From NCBI GenBank assembly GCA_002256025.1, contig NKIB01015057.1, positions 1 to 38,531 on the forward strand: 38,531 bases of DNA. Reading direction: 5' to 3'. The stretch comes from Asterionella formosa. Lineage: Eukaryota. A program made the translations under genes and the position numbers. A model generated the notes under the pieces. That model saw only the letters and a list, made by a program, of their open reading frames with translations. It was not told the DNA's origin and did not search any database. Below are positions 11,089 through 21,672 of the stretch, piece by piece. Numbering within the stretch: position 1 is the stretch's first letter; every line of letters begins with the position of its first letter.

Positions 11089-14000
11089 CTTGCGGCTATG
11101 TCTTTTGCGTTGGCAGCATATCAATCAACAATGAGACGGGCTGCACCTACTATTCATCGAACTATCTTGTCTCTTCATCGCATTTATATCCAGACAGCTC
11201 GTTGTGAACTTGATTCCCATGCGGACACATGCGCACTTGGATCAAATTTCGTACTGCTCCACTACACTGGTTGGGTATGTGATGTGGCCCCATACAATTC
11301 CGAAGTGTATAACCCTGAACGTGACATACCAATTGTACCTGCAGCAACATCTTACACGACGGATCAGCAAGATGGCCAAGTTTATATTCTGGTCATTCAT
11401 GAAGGTCTATGCTTTGGTGACAAACTCACACACTCATTGATCAACCCAAATCAGTTGCGATATGCCGGTATCACAGTTCAGGACAACCCATTTGAGAGAG
11501 ACCCACCCGTTTCCATTATAACTAACCATGTGACAATCCACTTAATCACCAGCGGAACTAAGATCTTCCTTGAATCGTCCACTCCCTCTGAAACTGAACT
11601 TGATAAGTGTCCTCTTGTACATCTTACACTTGACACCGAGTGGAACCCACACACTGTGCAATAAGCATCTACACAACGCATGAAGGCAGAATGTGATTAC
11701 AGTGATACTGAACCAGGACTACTGCAAATATCGTCAATTTATTGCTTGCACGAAAAATGACTAAATCACTAATGAGCCAGCGAAATAGTGAGGCAGTTGC
11801 CGTTCAAGAAAGGAAAACGTTCATATCGAACAAAAGACACACATCAATAACTAGTGATCAGCTAGGTGAGAGATGGAACATTGGTATGAAGCAGGCCCAA
11901 CAAACCTTAAGGATAACAACCCAGCGAGGCGTGCGATCAGTGATATTGCCCCTAAGCTGAAGGGTAAGCCCCTAAGCTGAAGGTAAAGGACTGACAGGAT
12001 GCTCATTCAGAAGAAACTAAGGAATCAGAAGTTCTACACAGATACTTTATTTGGACGATGTAAATCTATTTCCAGTAACACCTGTGCACAGATATTTGCA
12101 AACAAGTCATACTTTGTGAAGGCATATCCAATGGACCAAAAGTCGATGGCTGGACAGGCTTTGCGACAATTTGTACGCAATTACGGAGTTCCTGAACAGC
12201 TGACATCTGATGGCGCAAGCGAACAAACTGAGCCTAAAGCTGAATTTATACAGATTGTAAGGAAATAGTATGGCATTGAACACCATGTCAGCGAACCACA
12301 TCACCCACAACAGAACAGAGCTGAAGCGGTAATTAGAGAAGTAAAACGAAAATGGTTCCGACAAATGACAAAGCGGAGAGTACCAAAACGTCCGTGGGAC
12401 TATGGTACAGTATGGGTGTGTGAGACGATGTCATTAACAGCAAACTCATCATTTCAACTTGAAGGTCGCACACCTCTTGAACAGGTAACAGGCGAGACTC
12501 CCAACATTTCAGAGTATCTCGATTTTAGTTTCTATGATTGGGTTCAGTATCGCGATAATGCAGGGGTTGGTGACAATATGTTTGGACATTGGCTGGGCGT
12601 ATCACACCACATTGGCAACCTAATGTCATACTGGATACTGACATCAAATGGAAGAGTTATTTCAAGAACCACAGTGCAGCATGTCACAAACCTGGAGTTA
12701 GGGACACATGAGGTAAAACAGCGATGTATGGAGTATGACAAGCAACTTGCTGACATCATGAAAGATGATAATCACACCATGAGAGAGCAGCAAGATGAGC
12801 GTCAGTTACAGGATTGGGATGACTACACCGAAGAGAACCATACAGAATTTGCAGCACACTTCAATGGAGTCATATCCGATTCAAGTATCTCAGAAGTGGA
12901 TGAAACCTTTACTCCTGACACCTTTCATGATACATACCTCAATATGGAAGTACTATTGACAAGGGGAGTGAATGACAATTGCGATGCGCAATTTTGTAAA
13001 GTTACAAAGCGGCGCCGTGATGCAGAAGGACGACCGATTGATTGATGAAGAAGGGAATAGGCATATTCTCCTGAAAGATATCATTGACCATCGGCGAAGT
13101 AATAGCGCTATTGACAAAGACGACGCCTTTATAATGATGAAGAATGGCGTTAAAAGGAGGCGCAAGACAACACAAGGATGGTACATGTTGTGTCAGTGGA
13201 AAGACGGTAGCACCAATTGGGTTGCTCTGAAGTCCTAGTTGCAGAGTACGCAACTGCCAACCAAATAGATGAGGAACCAGCTTTTGCTTGGTGGGTTGGA
13301 AATTTATTAAGGAAGCGCAATAGGATCCTATCCAAAATTAAATCTAAGTACTGGCAGGGAACGCATAAGTTTGGAATTCGTATTCCAAAATCAGTGGAAC
13401 AAGCGATTGCAATTGAAAAACAGAATGGCAATAGTCTCTGGTGGGATGCAATTTGCACAGAGATGAAAAACGTGAGGCCAGCATTTGAGATGTGGGAACA
13501 GGATGAAAAGGAACTGCCTCCAGGGTACCAGAGAATCAAGTGTCATTTTACATTTGACATTCAGATGGGCGAGAATTTCAGACGAAAGGCAAGATTAGTT
13601 GCCAATGGGAATGAAACAGAAGCCCCAGCAGCACTGACATACTCCTCAGTGGTTTCGAGGGATTCAGTGAGGATCTCCCTCTTAATTGCATCTATCAATG
13701 ACCTTGAATTACTGGCATGTGACATCCAAAATGCATACTTGACTGCTGACTGCCGTGAGAGAATTTACACTATTTCACCAGGACCAGAATTCGGATCAGA
13801 AGCTGGAGGTGTGATGGTCATTCGAAAAGCATTGTATGGATTAAAGTCTAGTGGTGCGGCCTTCCAAGCACATTTGGCTGAGGCCCTGTATGATTTGAGC
13901 TATATGCCAACAAAAGCGGATCCAGATGTATGGATTCGACCAGCAACCAAACCCAATGGGTTTGAGTACTATGAAATGATGCTTATTTATGTTGACGATA

Positions 14001-15060
14001 TCTTATGTATATCCCATGATCCACATGCAACTATGAAGGGTATCCAAGCAACATTTAAATTGAAAGACAACAAGATTGAAAAACCAGAAAATTATCTTGG
14101 CTGGGGCAGAGCTCACACAAAAGATCATTAATGGAATGGAATGCTGGACAATGTCATCGGAGCAATACGTTAAAGCATCCATAGCAAATGTCGAAGCAGC
14201 ATTGAAGTCAATCGGTCAGAGATTACCATCCAGATGCACCACACCGATTCAAGCCAATTATCGACCGGAGCTGGACACAGCAGCGGAGCTAAAATTAGAA
14301 GGCATCCGCTATTATCAAGAGATGATTGGAGTCTTGCGGTGGGCGATAGAACTCGGTAGGATTGATATTGCAATGGAAGTGTCAATGCTGTCTTCTCACC
14401 TCGCGTTAAGTCAAGAAGGACATCTTCAACAGGTTTATCATATCTTCGGATTCTTGAAAGCAAGACCTAAGCAAACGTTGGCATTTGATCCCCATCACCC
14501 TGATATTGATGAATCGAGATTTGTGAAGTGTGATTGGCATGATTTTTATCGAGGGGCAAAAGAGCCAATTCCAAAGGACATGCCAGAAGCCTGTGGAAAT
14601 GTGGTGTCAACACATTGTTTTGTTGATGCTGATCATGCAGGCACTTGTATAACAAGACGCTCAAAAACCGGTATCCTACTCTTTGTTAACAGGGCACCAG
14701 TAGTGTGGTACAGCAAACGCCAAAATACGGTTGAGACATCGACATTTGGAAGCGAGTTTGTTGCCATGAGGATCTCTGTGGAGTTAGTGGAGGCTCTGCG
14801 CTACAAACTGAGAATGTTTGGAATACCAATAGAAGGGCCAACCAACGTCTTTTGTGACAACGAAGCAGTTACCAAGAATAATATCTTCCCGGAATATACG
14901 CTTAAGAAGAAACACAATTCAATTGCTTATCATTGTTCAAGAGAGGCAGTAGCAGCAGGCACAATCAGAGTGACAAAAGAGGATGGAAAGACAAACTTGG
15001 CTGATGTGCTGACTAAGCCACTGGCACAAGCAACCAAAGATTTTTATGTGACTGATTCAT
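11089..15060 (+). pseudogene. Copia pol (PR-IN-RT-RNase H), disrupted
   Basis: ORF pieces 11098-11664, 11742-11960, 11999-12268, 12365-13045, 12972-13238, 13217-14131 and 14076-15167 carry consecutive pol motifs. A 20-bp tandem duplication at 11948-11986 breaks the frame. Confidence 0.92.
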
Positions 15061-15207
15061 GTATTGATATTGAACACTGCCTAGGTTCATCAAGCATCAT
15101 AAGATGCTTCGTTACCTCCTGGACCTGCAAGACATGTGGCTTTGAAAACCAGGTCATAGATTTGTGACAAGCAACATCTTGGTCACCTCCATATTACTCG
15201 AGGGGAC

Positions 15208-15441
15208 TGAACAATTAAGGTTGGCGCGAAGTACATAGCAATATGTAGCAGTACGGCACAGCAGTGACTAGTCGTTATATCATACAGACATTGGCGATAG
15301 AGTGGAAGTGTCTGTTAGTTAGCGATAGCGAAAGCAAGAAGGGAGTGCTCGATCTTGCTCACTCTTTTTACAATTAATCCGTTTAATACATCTTTACCTA
15401 AGTAAGTCTTTATGTCGGACTTCACACAGCGATTATGATTT
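15208..15441 (+). repeat. 3' LTR (234 bp) of the CoDi-type copia
   Basis: Direct repeat of 9155-9352, preceded by the PPT, with an extra 36 bp at 15334-15369. Confidence 0.92.
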
Positions 15442-16314
15442 AATAGAAACTGGGTGATGGTGGTGCCCTGCTGGCGTCTTTTGTTGCGTTTAATGAGACC
15501 GCGCAGACAAGCCTGGGCTGGCTGATACATCGTAATCCAGTGATAGCAGCTATAGGAGCACGGATCGTTTTGAATTTGTTGGCTTGAACTGTAGCCACAT
15601 GGACAAAGTAGTTTCTGTCCTGCCACACCTGCGTGGAGTAATTGCGGAGGCTTGGACAGGAAAGAACATGATCATGCATTTCTGAGATGGTGGTGCATCT
15701 TCTTGGGCACAGGTGTGTAGGTTGTTGTTTGCAGCGGAATAGTTTTTTGTAAATGGGCCACTGGCCATTCGCGAGTTTAAACATAGCAAGTTTCCTGCCA
15801 TAAGATAGCTTGTGTAGATCCCGAGAGTAGGAAAGCCAATCGACGGTTGAAAATATCTCAGGAGTCCACCAATGGGTGGTTTGAAAGTACTTTAGCTGTA
15901 GTGGGGTGTAATAATGGAAGAGAGTGATTTCCTGCAGGTTAGAAGTGACTTGAAGAAGATTGAGAGTGAGAGTGGCTGATATCTCAGGGGACTGAGGAGG
16001 AGTGGTAGGGGGAGAGCAGTGAGTGAAGGCAGTGTGAGTTAGTGCATCTGCCTGGATATTCAATTTGTCTGGGAGCGGAAGTTTAAGGTAAGGTACTGGG
16101 CCGGAGTCCTGATGACTTTCAACATGGACTACCTGGAGTGAGACCGGAAGGGTGGCTAGAACCTTCTGGGCAGTGTGTAGAAGGTCCCAGTCTGGAAGAA
16201 GGCAGGTTAAGTATAACTCCCTTATTATCAATGTGTGCACGGGCAGTGATATGAGGATGAACATCTATTTCTTTATGAAACTTGAGAAAGGCATGAACCA
16301 TCTTCGCAATTTAT

Positions 16315-16880
16315 CTTCTTTTTCCTTGTAATAAGAATTATATACCAATACCTCCGCAAAGAACTTGCGAAAACCGAGCATGCCATCAACCTCCCTCCTT
16401 AGAGAAGTGTTTATTTGCAAGCATGGCATCTTCTGCCGTGTATGAAAGGAGCAATGCTGACACTCTATTTAGCCACCATTTTGTTGCCCATATCACCTCC
16501 AAACTTATTTGGGAGGCCTCTTTGCGTCGCGGACATTCAACAGCATGTAAAAAGTTATAGTGGCTATAGAAAACCACTGTATAGCTATGTTATCTGTTCT
16601 TGATATTCATGATTTGTGCACCCTTTCCCCCCATCATGTTAATTGCACCATTTTATCAATCCATCTAAGTAGCTCACCAGGGGTTACAGGTTTACCCTCT
16701 GGCTTCCCCCACTCATTATCAAAAAATTGTATACAAAAATAATGGTGACAAGCAAAATTTGCAGAGGATGGGGCATTGTCAACACCAATATCAGTAAACC
16801 CAGCTGGAATGGCAACAATGTCAGAGTCATGAACTGTGCAAGTACACTTGACAAGTTTGCGAAGTTTTGAAGGCATCATT
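16315..16880 (-). mobile_element. 5'/central part of the piggyBac-like (DDE_Tnp_1_7-type) transposase remnant, internally deleted
   Basis: PVTPGELLRWI (N-terminal motif) and VFYSHYNFLHAV...ISLEVIWATKWWLNRV (C-terminal motif) resemble diatom piggyBac-like transposases as I recall them. Termini not identified. Confidence 0.6.
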
Positions 16881-17531
16881 TAACCTTATGCTGACTCCTC
16901 AAATACATAATCGCCGTCATCATAGTAAAATTTTTCTGAAATCATCATCAGAAATGATCTTGAATTGATTTTTCAAGGGTATACAGCTCTGCTGTCTCAG
17001 CATCATCCACAGTCCTGGGCGCTGTTGTGGTGACGACAACAATCACCATCACCCCTTTACCTCTGATTTTCTTGAGCTCCCTTTGCAGCACTGTCATTCC
17101 TTAAAGTCTTACCATGATAATTTCGGACCCACAGTGATGGGTGAATGTACTTGGAAAGGCATGAAATGATGGCACCTTTGCCCATTTTCAATTTTCCTAT
17201 TTGCACCATGAGCCTGCACAGATATTTTTGAGATCATTTCGGCAGGCAGACTTTCTCATGTATTTGAAATGTTTAAACCTATAAGCTTATTGCTGTGCAT
17301 ATCTCCAGAAGCCTACAGTTCAGTAGATTGAGATTAACTTTTCAGAAATGAAATATGCATTGAATTGATTGAGCTAGGGGCAAGGGATTGAAAACCCAGA
17401 CTGAATCCAGACAATGAAGACTGAAATCAGCCTAGCCGGAAAGAATCCGAAAGTGTATGATTAATATATGCATAGAATATTTAATATTAATCATGAAGGA
17501 AAAAGCAATCTTACGAATAGCTCTCTTCACC

Positions 17532-19028
17532 ATGTCCGAGCAGACACTGGCGCTCTCGATTGTTTTGTTATCATTTGTTGTTCTATTACGGATACTAGTA
17601 GGATTTCAGCCTCATTCAGGCCAAGACAACTTTCATGGCGCGCGAAATGCCTATGGGGGCGACTTTGAGGCGCAACGCCATTGGCTAGAATTGACGATGC
17701 ACTTGTCGCTTGGGGACTGGTACTGGCATGATTTGGAGTATTGGGGTCTAGACTATCCACCCCTCACTGCTTACATATCTTGGATTTTGGGGGCTTTATC
17801 TTATTGGATTATTGGGCCCGAGAGTGTGGCTTTATATGAGTCAAGGGGAATTGAAGATCCAAATGTCAAGGCATACATGCGAGCGACTGTGCTTGTCCTT
17901 GATCTCCTCATCTTCTTCCCGATAATTTTGATCGCGACAAGGAAGTCAACTTGGATGAGACTCTTGGCTCTGGTAGAACCTGCTATCATATTGATTGATC
18001 ATGGACACTTTCAGTACAACTCGGTTTCCCTGGGATTCGCCCTCTGGAGTTTCTGGTTCGTTACCAAGAAAGGGTTTGCCAACTGCCTTCTAGGGTCCGT
18101 CTTGTTTTGCTTCGCGCTTAATTTCAAGCAAATGACGCTTTATTATGCACCTGCTATTTTTTCATATTTGTTGGGGCGTTGCTTCCACGAGTCAAGGTTT
18201 GCGCTGCAGAGATTTTGTATGTTGGGAGCAACTGTCGTAATTGTGTTTTCGTGTCTTTGGTGGCCCTTTGTCTACTACCCACCTTCTGGAGATGCAACAA
18301 TCACTCCTCTTCAAAGGTTTATACATGTGTTGCATCGACTCTTTCCGTTCCAACGAGGGCTTTTTGAAGGGAAAGTTTCCAATCTCTGGTGTGCCCTTTC
18401 CACTAAACCAATATCAATCCGGAATCGCATACCAGAGGATTTGCAACCCCTACTCGCACTTGGACTGACCCTAATATTGACGCTGCCGGCTTGTTGCAAG
18501 TTATTTGCGGTGGGAAAGTCTGCTCGACAAGACTCTTGGCAGATGCTGCTGTGGGGTGCGACAAGCACAGCCTTGGCCTTCTTTCTGGCGAGTTTTCAGG
18601 TGCATGAAAAGAGTATTTTGCTGGCGGTCGCTCCGCTTTCCTTGCTTTGGTTGGAAGACTCCACGTTTGTGAATTGGTTTTCGATAGTTGCCGTTTGGAC
18701 CTTGTGGCCTTTGATACAAGTAGATCGCCTGGAAATTGCGTACATCGGCATAATTGCCATTTATCTTGGATTGATGTGGCTCTGGGCAGAAAACAAAAAG
18801 GAATCACCTTCATTTTTCAGCCAGAACGCCCTCGTGAAGCTGCTACCAATAGTACCATTGTCTGTAATTGGCATGGTTGGCCTTCATGTGCTAGAAATGG
18901 TCGTACCTGTGCCCCAAAATCTACCTGATCTATTTCCGGTGCTATGGAGTATTGCCGGTTGTGGCATGTTTTGTTTATCATGGATTGTTACATGCTGGCA
19001 TCTCTATCGCAAGGAGAAATCAATTTAA
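17532..19028 (+). CDS. ALG6: Dolichyl pyrophosphate Man9GlcNAc2 alpha-1,3-glucosyltransferase
   Basis: GDFEAQRHW, YWGLDYPPLTAY, IDHGHFQYN, NFKQMTLYYAP, RLFPFQRGLFEGKV and FQVHEKSILL motifs. Many TM segments and a C-terminal KxKxx ER signal. The ORF is open from 17457; the ATG at 17532 is the likelier start. Confidence 0.95.
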   Translation: MSEQTLALSIVLLSFVVLLRILVGFQPHSGQDNFHGARNAYGGDFEAQRHWLELTMHLSLGDWYWHDLEYWGLDYPPLTAYISWILGALSYWIIGPESVALYESRGIEDPNVKAYMRATVLVLDLLIFFPIILIATRKSTWMRLLALVEPAIILIDHGHFQYNSVSLGFALWSFWFVTKKGFANCLLGSVLFCFALNFKQMTLYYAPAIFSYLLGRCFHESRFALQRFCMLGATVVIVFSCLWWPFVYYPPSGDATITPLQRFIHVLHRLFPFQRGLFEGKVSNLWCALSTKPISIRNRIPEDLQPLLALGLTLILTLPACCKLFAVGKSARQDSWQMLLWGATSTALAFFLASFQVHEKSILLAVAPLSLLWLEDSTFVNWFSIVAVWTLWPLIQVDRLEIAYIGIIAIYLGLMWLWAENKKESPSFFSQNALVKLLPIVPLSVIGMVGLHVLEMVVPVPQNLPDLFPVLWSIAGCGMFCLSWIVTCWHLYRKEKSI

Positions 19029-19284
19029 ATTGAACCATTGATGCTAATTACTCACTGCAAGTGAAGTTGACGGAGTTTTGCATTTTTGTCATCAGCTCCT
19101 TGTATTCACTACTCTCTCTGGTTTGCTAGAGTTTAATTGCTACTAAATGTTTTGTTATCGAAGTATCTTATATTGATCTTCGCATCACCAGGAGGCCTAC
19201 TAAAAGCAAATCTGCTCCATCTGCAATTCACCTGTTTTTACCGGCATGATATATATATATATGAATAGCTGATGAGGATAGGAG

Positions 19285-21215
19285 TGAAGTATCTAACTAG
19301 AAGCAGTAGTATTTGTTGAATATATGAGCTTATTAGTTAATCCTTGTGTGCAACTCGATCTCCTAGGTTGACACTAAAGTATTCAAATCGGCATTAGTCG
19401 AGTTCTGTCCTGATAGAGTTCTGATATACCTATATAAACCTAATCTTATAGGAATATCTGTAGTTGAGCAACATGGCTCACTCTCCCACATCAAGGGAAA
19501 ACCTTTCACCTATGAAAAGGTTTGATATGACAAATATTAATTCATTCAGCAGTAGGTATAGTTCAGTGATATCATGCATGGGATACATAAATCCTGCTAT
19601 GCAACTGGATATCCTGCATTACAAAAAAAGGGCGGTCGTATCCAGACCATAATTATTCTTTAAATAACAAATCATATCCAGGTGATGACTGACATGATAC
19701 ATATTCAAAGTTTTGTCGTGTATATATAATAATAGGATTGCTATTGTTGCACATATGTAATCTGTTCAGCATTCAGCTGTTTTATGTTAGGCACATAGGC
19801 CACTAGCTGACCAACAGGAGGGTTTATGACCATTAAAACTTCCTGGGCAGATTCATAAAAGTCGGCAGGTATGGCCTTCGGCAAAGTACCCTAACAAGAC
19901 ATTGTCATAGGGGAAACCCATGGATTTGTAGAAAAAATGCACGCAAGACAGAAAACATGAATAGGTTTAGCTGTGTCAGTATGATAATTTGCTCTGCAAA
20001 GAATTTCCACGCAAGAGGAATGGTAAGTTGGTGAGCAGTGTAAGTAGTGTTAGTACTAAGATAACTTGAGGGGCCTTATGTTTAGCCATTGGTTCACAAC
20101 TGCATGCATGGCTGGCTGCAATCATGATTGCATTTGCACTGGCACAACCGCTCCATGTAAAAATATTGTGTACAATTTTTTATTTTTTCACACACTTGTT
20201 TTCTTGAAAAAATACAATTTTTCACGCTTGGTTTCTTGATGCATTATATGTTTGCCTTCAACTTCAACTACATAAAGACAATTTCGTGTTTAAAAATTGA
20301 CACCAGTCCCGCTTGGTTTCTTGATGCATCAACATGATTGCCTTCAACTTTAACTATATAAAGACAATTAGTCGAAACCGAGCAAATCGATTGGTCTTTG
20401 TTGCTTTCTTTTTACAATTCAAACTGTTGCTGCCACACATCGATCATAGAGCAAATTGCAATCACCATCAAATTTTCCTTGGTCAAAAATCTCTTGATTT
20501 TTGATGATACACGAGCTTGAGAAGTCTATTTCTGGTTTTGAGACAGTATCCGAAAGTCCATTAAAAAATGCTGAATGGTACTATTGTCAAATATCAGAGC
20601 ATGCACTGATGCTTACACTGAAAAGCTATCCTAAAGAACAAGAAAAATTTGCACATCCAACCATATCACCATGGCATCATCAAAACTGTTATCAGGCTGA
20701 TAATCTGGGAGTAATTCAACATTCATCCATTCAGACAAGGCGATTTCTGTAAGGCACTTTTGGAATAGAAAGAATGTATTTCTTGCTGGAGGTTAGACAA
20801 ACACTGTCATGGAATTAGCTCACAGCAATCAACAAAGCTTCCACGGAGTTCCATGAACCTCATCTTGCTTGCTAGGAAGACTCAAGGTGTCTAACTGATA
20901 TTAATGAATGAAAGGTGCTATTCTTGATGTTTAGTAGGTTGAGATCCTGGATCAATGGGACCACTGGGGCTTGAGAATGCATCAACATTTTTAACTCTAA
21001 TTTGACTCTTTTTGAATTCAAAGTGAAGTATCTAACTAGAAGTAGTAGTATTTGTTGAATATATGATCTTATTAGTTAATCCTTGTGTGCAACTCGATCT
21101 CCTAGGGCGACACTAAAGTATTCAAATAGGTGTTAGTCGAGTTCTCTCTTGATAGAGTATATCTATATATTAAGCTAACCTTATAGGTATATCTGTTGTT
21201 GAGCAAGATTGCTCG
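19285..21215 (-). mobile_element. Internally deleted Ty3/Gypsy element, copy 1 (LTRs 19285-19480 and 21024-21215)
   Basis: ~195-bp direct repeats, TSD AGGAG (19280-19284 and 21216-21220), minus-strand PPT (plus-strand CTCTCCCAC at 19481), and a decayed integrase tail next to it. Confidence 0.88.
20225..20369. repeat. ~60-bp direct repeat pair, period ~85 bp, inside Gypsy copy 1
   Basis: CGCTTGGTTTCTTGATGCAT...TTGCCTTCAACTT(C/T)AACTA(C/T)ATAAAGACAATT occurs twice. Confidence 0.85.
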
Positions 21216-21672
21216 AGGAGTATCATCAGTGTACCTGATACTGGTATAGACTACCAGTTACCCAGCATGTATATCACTGTATGATATGTATGAGTGCAGT
21301 GCATCATGTGTAGTCATCATAGTATATGTTAAACAGTTAGAGCAGCCTGAATACCGGTAATCAGTCTTGCTAGCAAGCTTCTTGATATTTGAAACGCACC
21401 AGTTGATTCATTGGACTATAATTGAGTACACAATTCTTATGACTCATAATAACCATGAATACTATCACACATTGTTAAAGTACTATTTAGTTCACATTAA
21501 TAGCTGCAAGCTTACTCGTTCAACTATTTGTAGTGCTAGCTTCAATGATAACTTGACTTGTCTTACATTTTAAGACTCCAAACTAAAGTTGAAAACAGAT
21601 TTCACACTTGAGTTGTTGTTAGGAGCTAAAACGAAAACTCCAAAGATGAACTTTTCTCAAATTGTTGTCCAT

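Larger units (their letters stand above)
9155..15441 (+). mobile_element. Near full-length but pseudogenised CoDi-type Ty1/copia LTR retrotransposon
   Basis: Two LTRs, TSD AATAG (9150-9154 and 15442-15446) and purine tract GAGGGGA at 15200-15206. Domain order is gag, PR (ELDSHADTC), IN, RT (DIQNAYL, KALYGLKSSG, YVDD), RNase H (FVDADHAG, CDNEAV, NLADVLTK). Confidence 0.95.
9012..16296 (-). mobile_element. 5'-truncated non-LTR retrotransposon with RNase H and zinc finger (segments 15447-16296 and 9012-9149), interrupted by a copia
   Basis: Flanked by the 18-bp direct repeat ACCATCTTCGCAATTTAT (8994-9011 and 16297-16314). RNase H-like HIDNKGVI, PDWDLL, VHVESHQD and LNIQADAL, plus CPRRC...HDHVLSC. 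The reading frame continues across the reconstructed empty copia site. Confidence 0.8.

Noticed and set aside
15351..15361. GATCTTGCTCA and TGAGCAAT similarity between the copia and Gypsy LTRs
   Set aside because: The matches are too short to show a relationship.
17457..17531. N-terminal extension of ALG6
   Set aside because: AT-rich and UTR-like. The ATG at 17532 (CACCATG) directly precedes the first TM segment.
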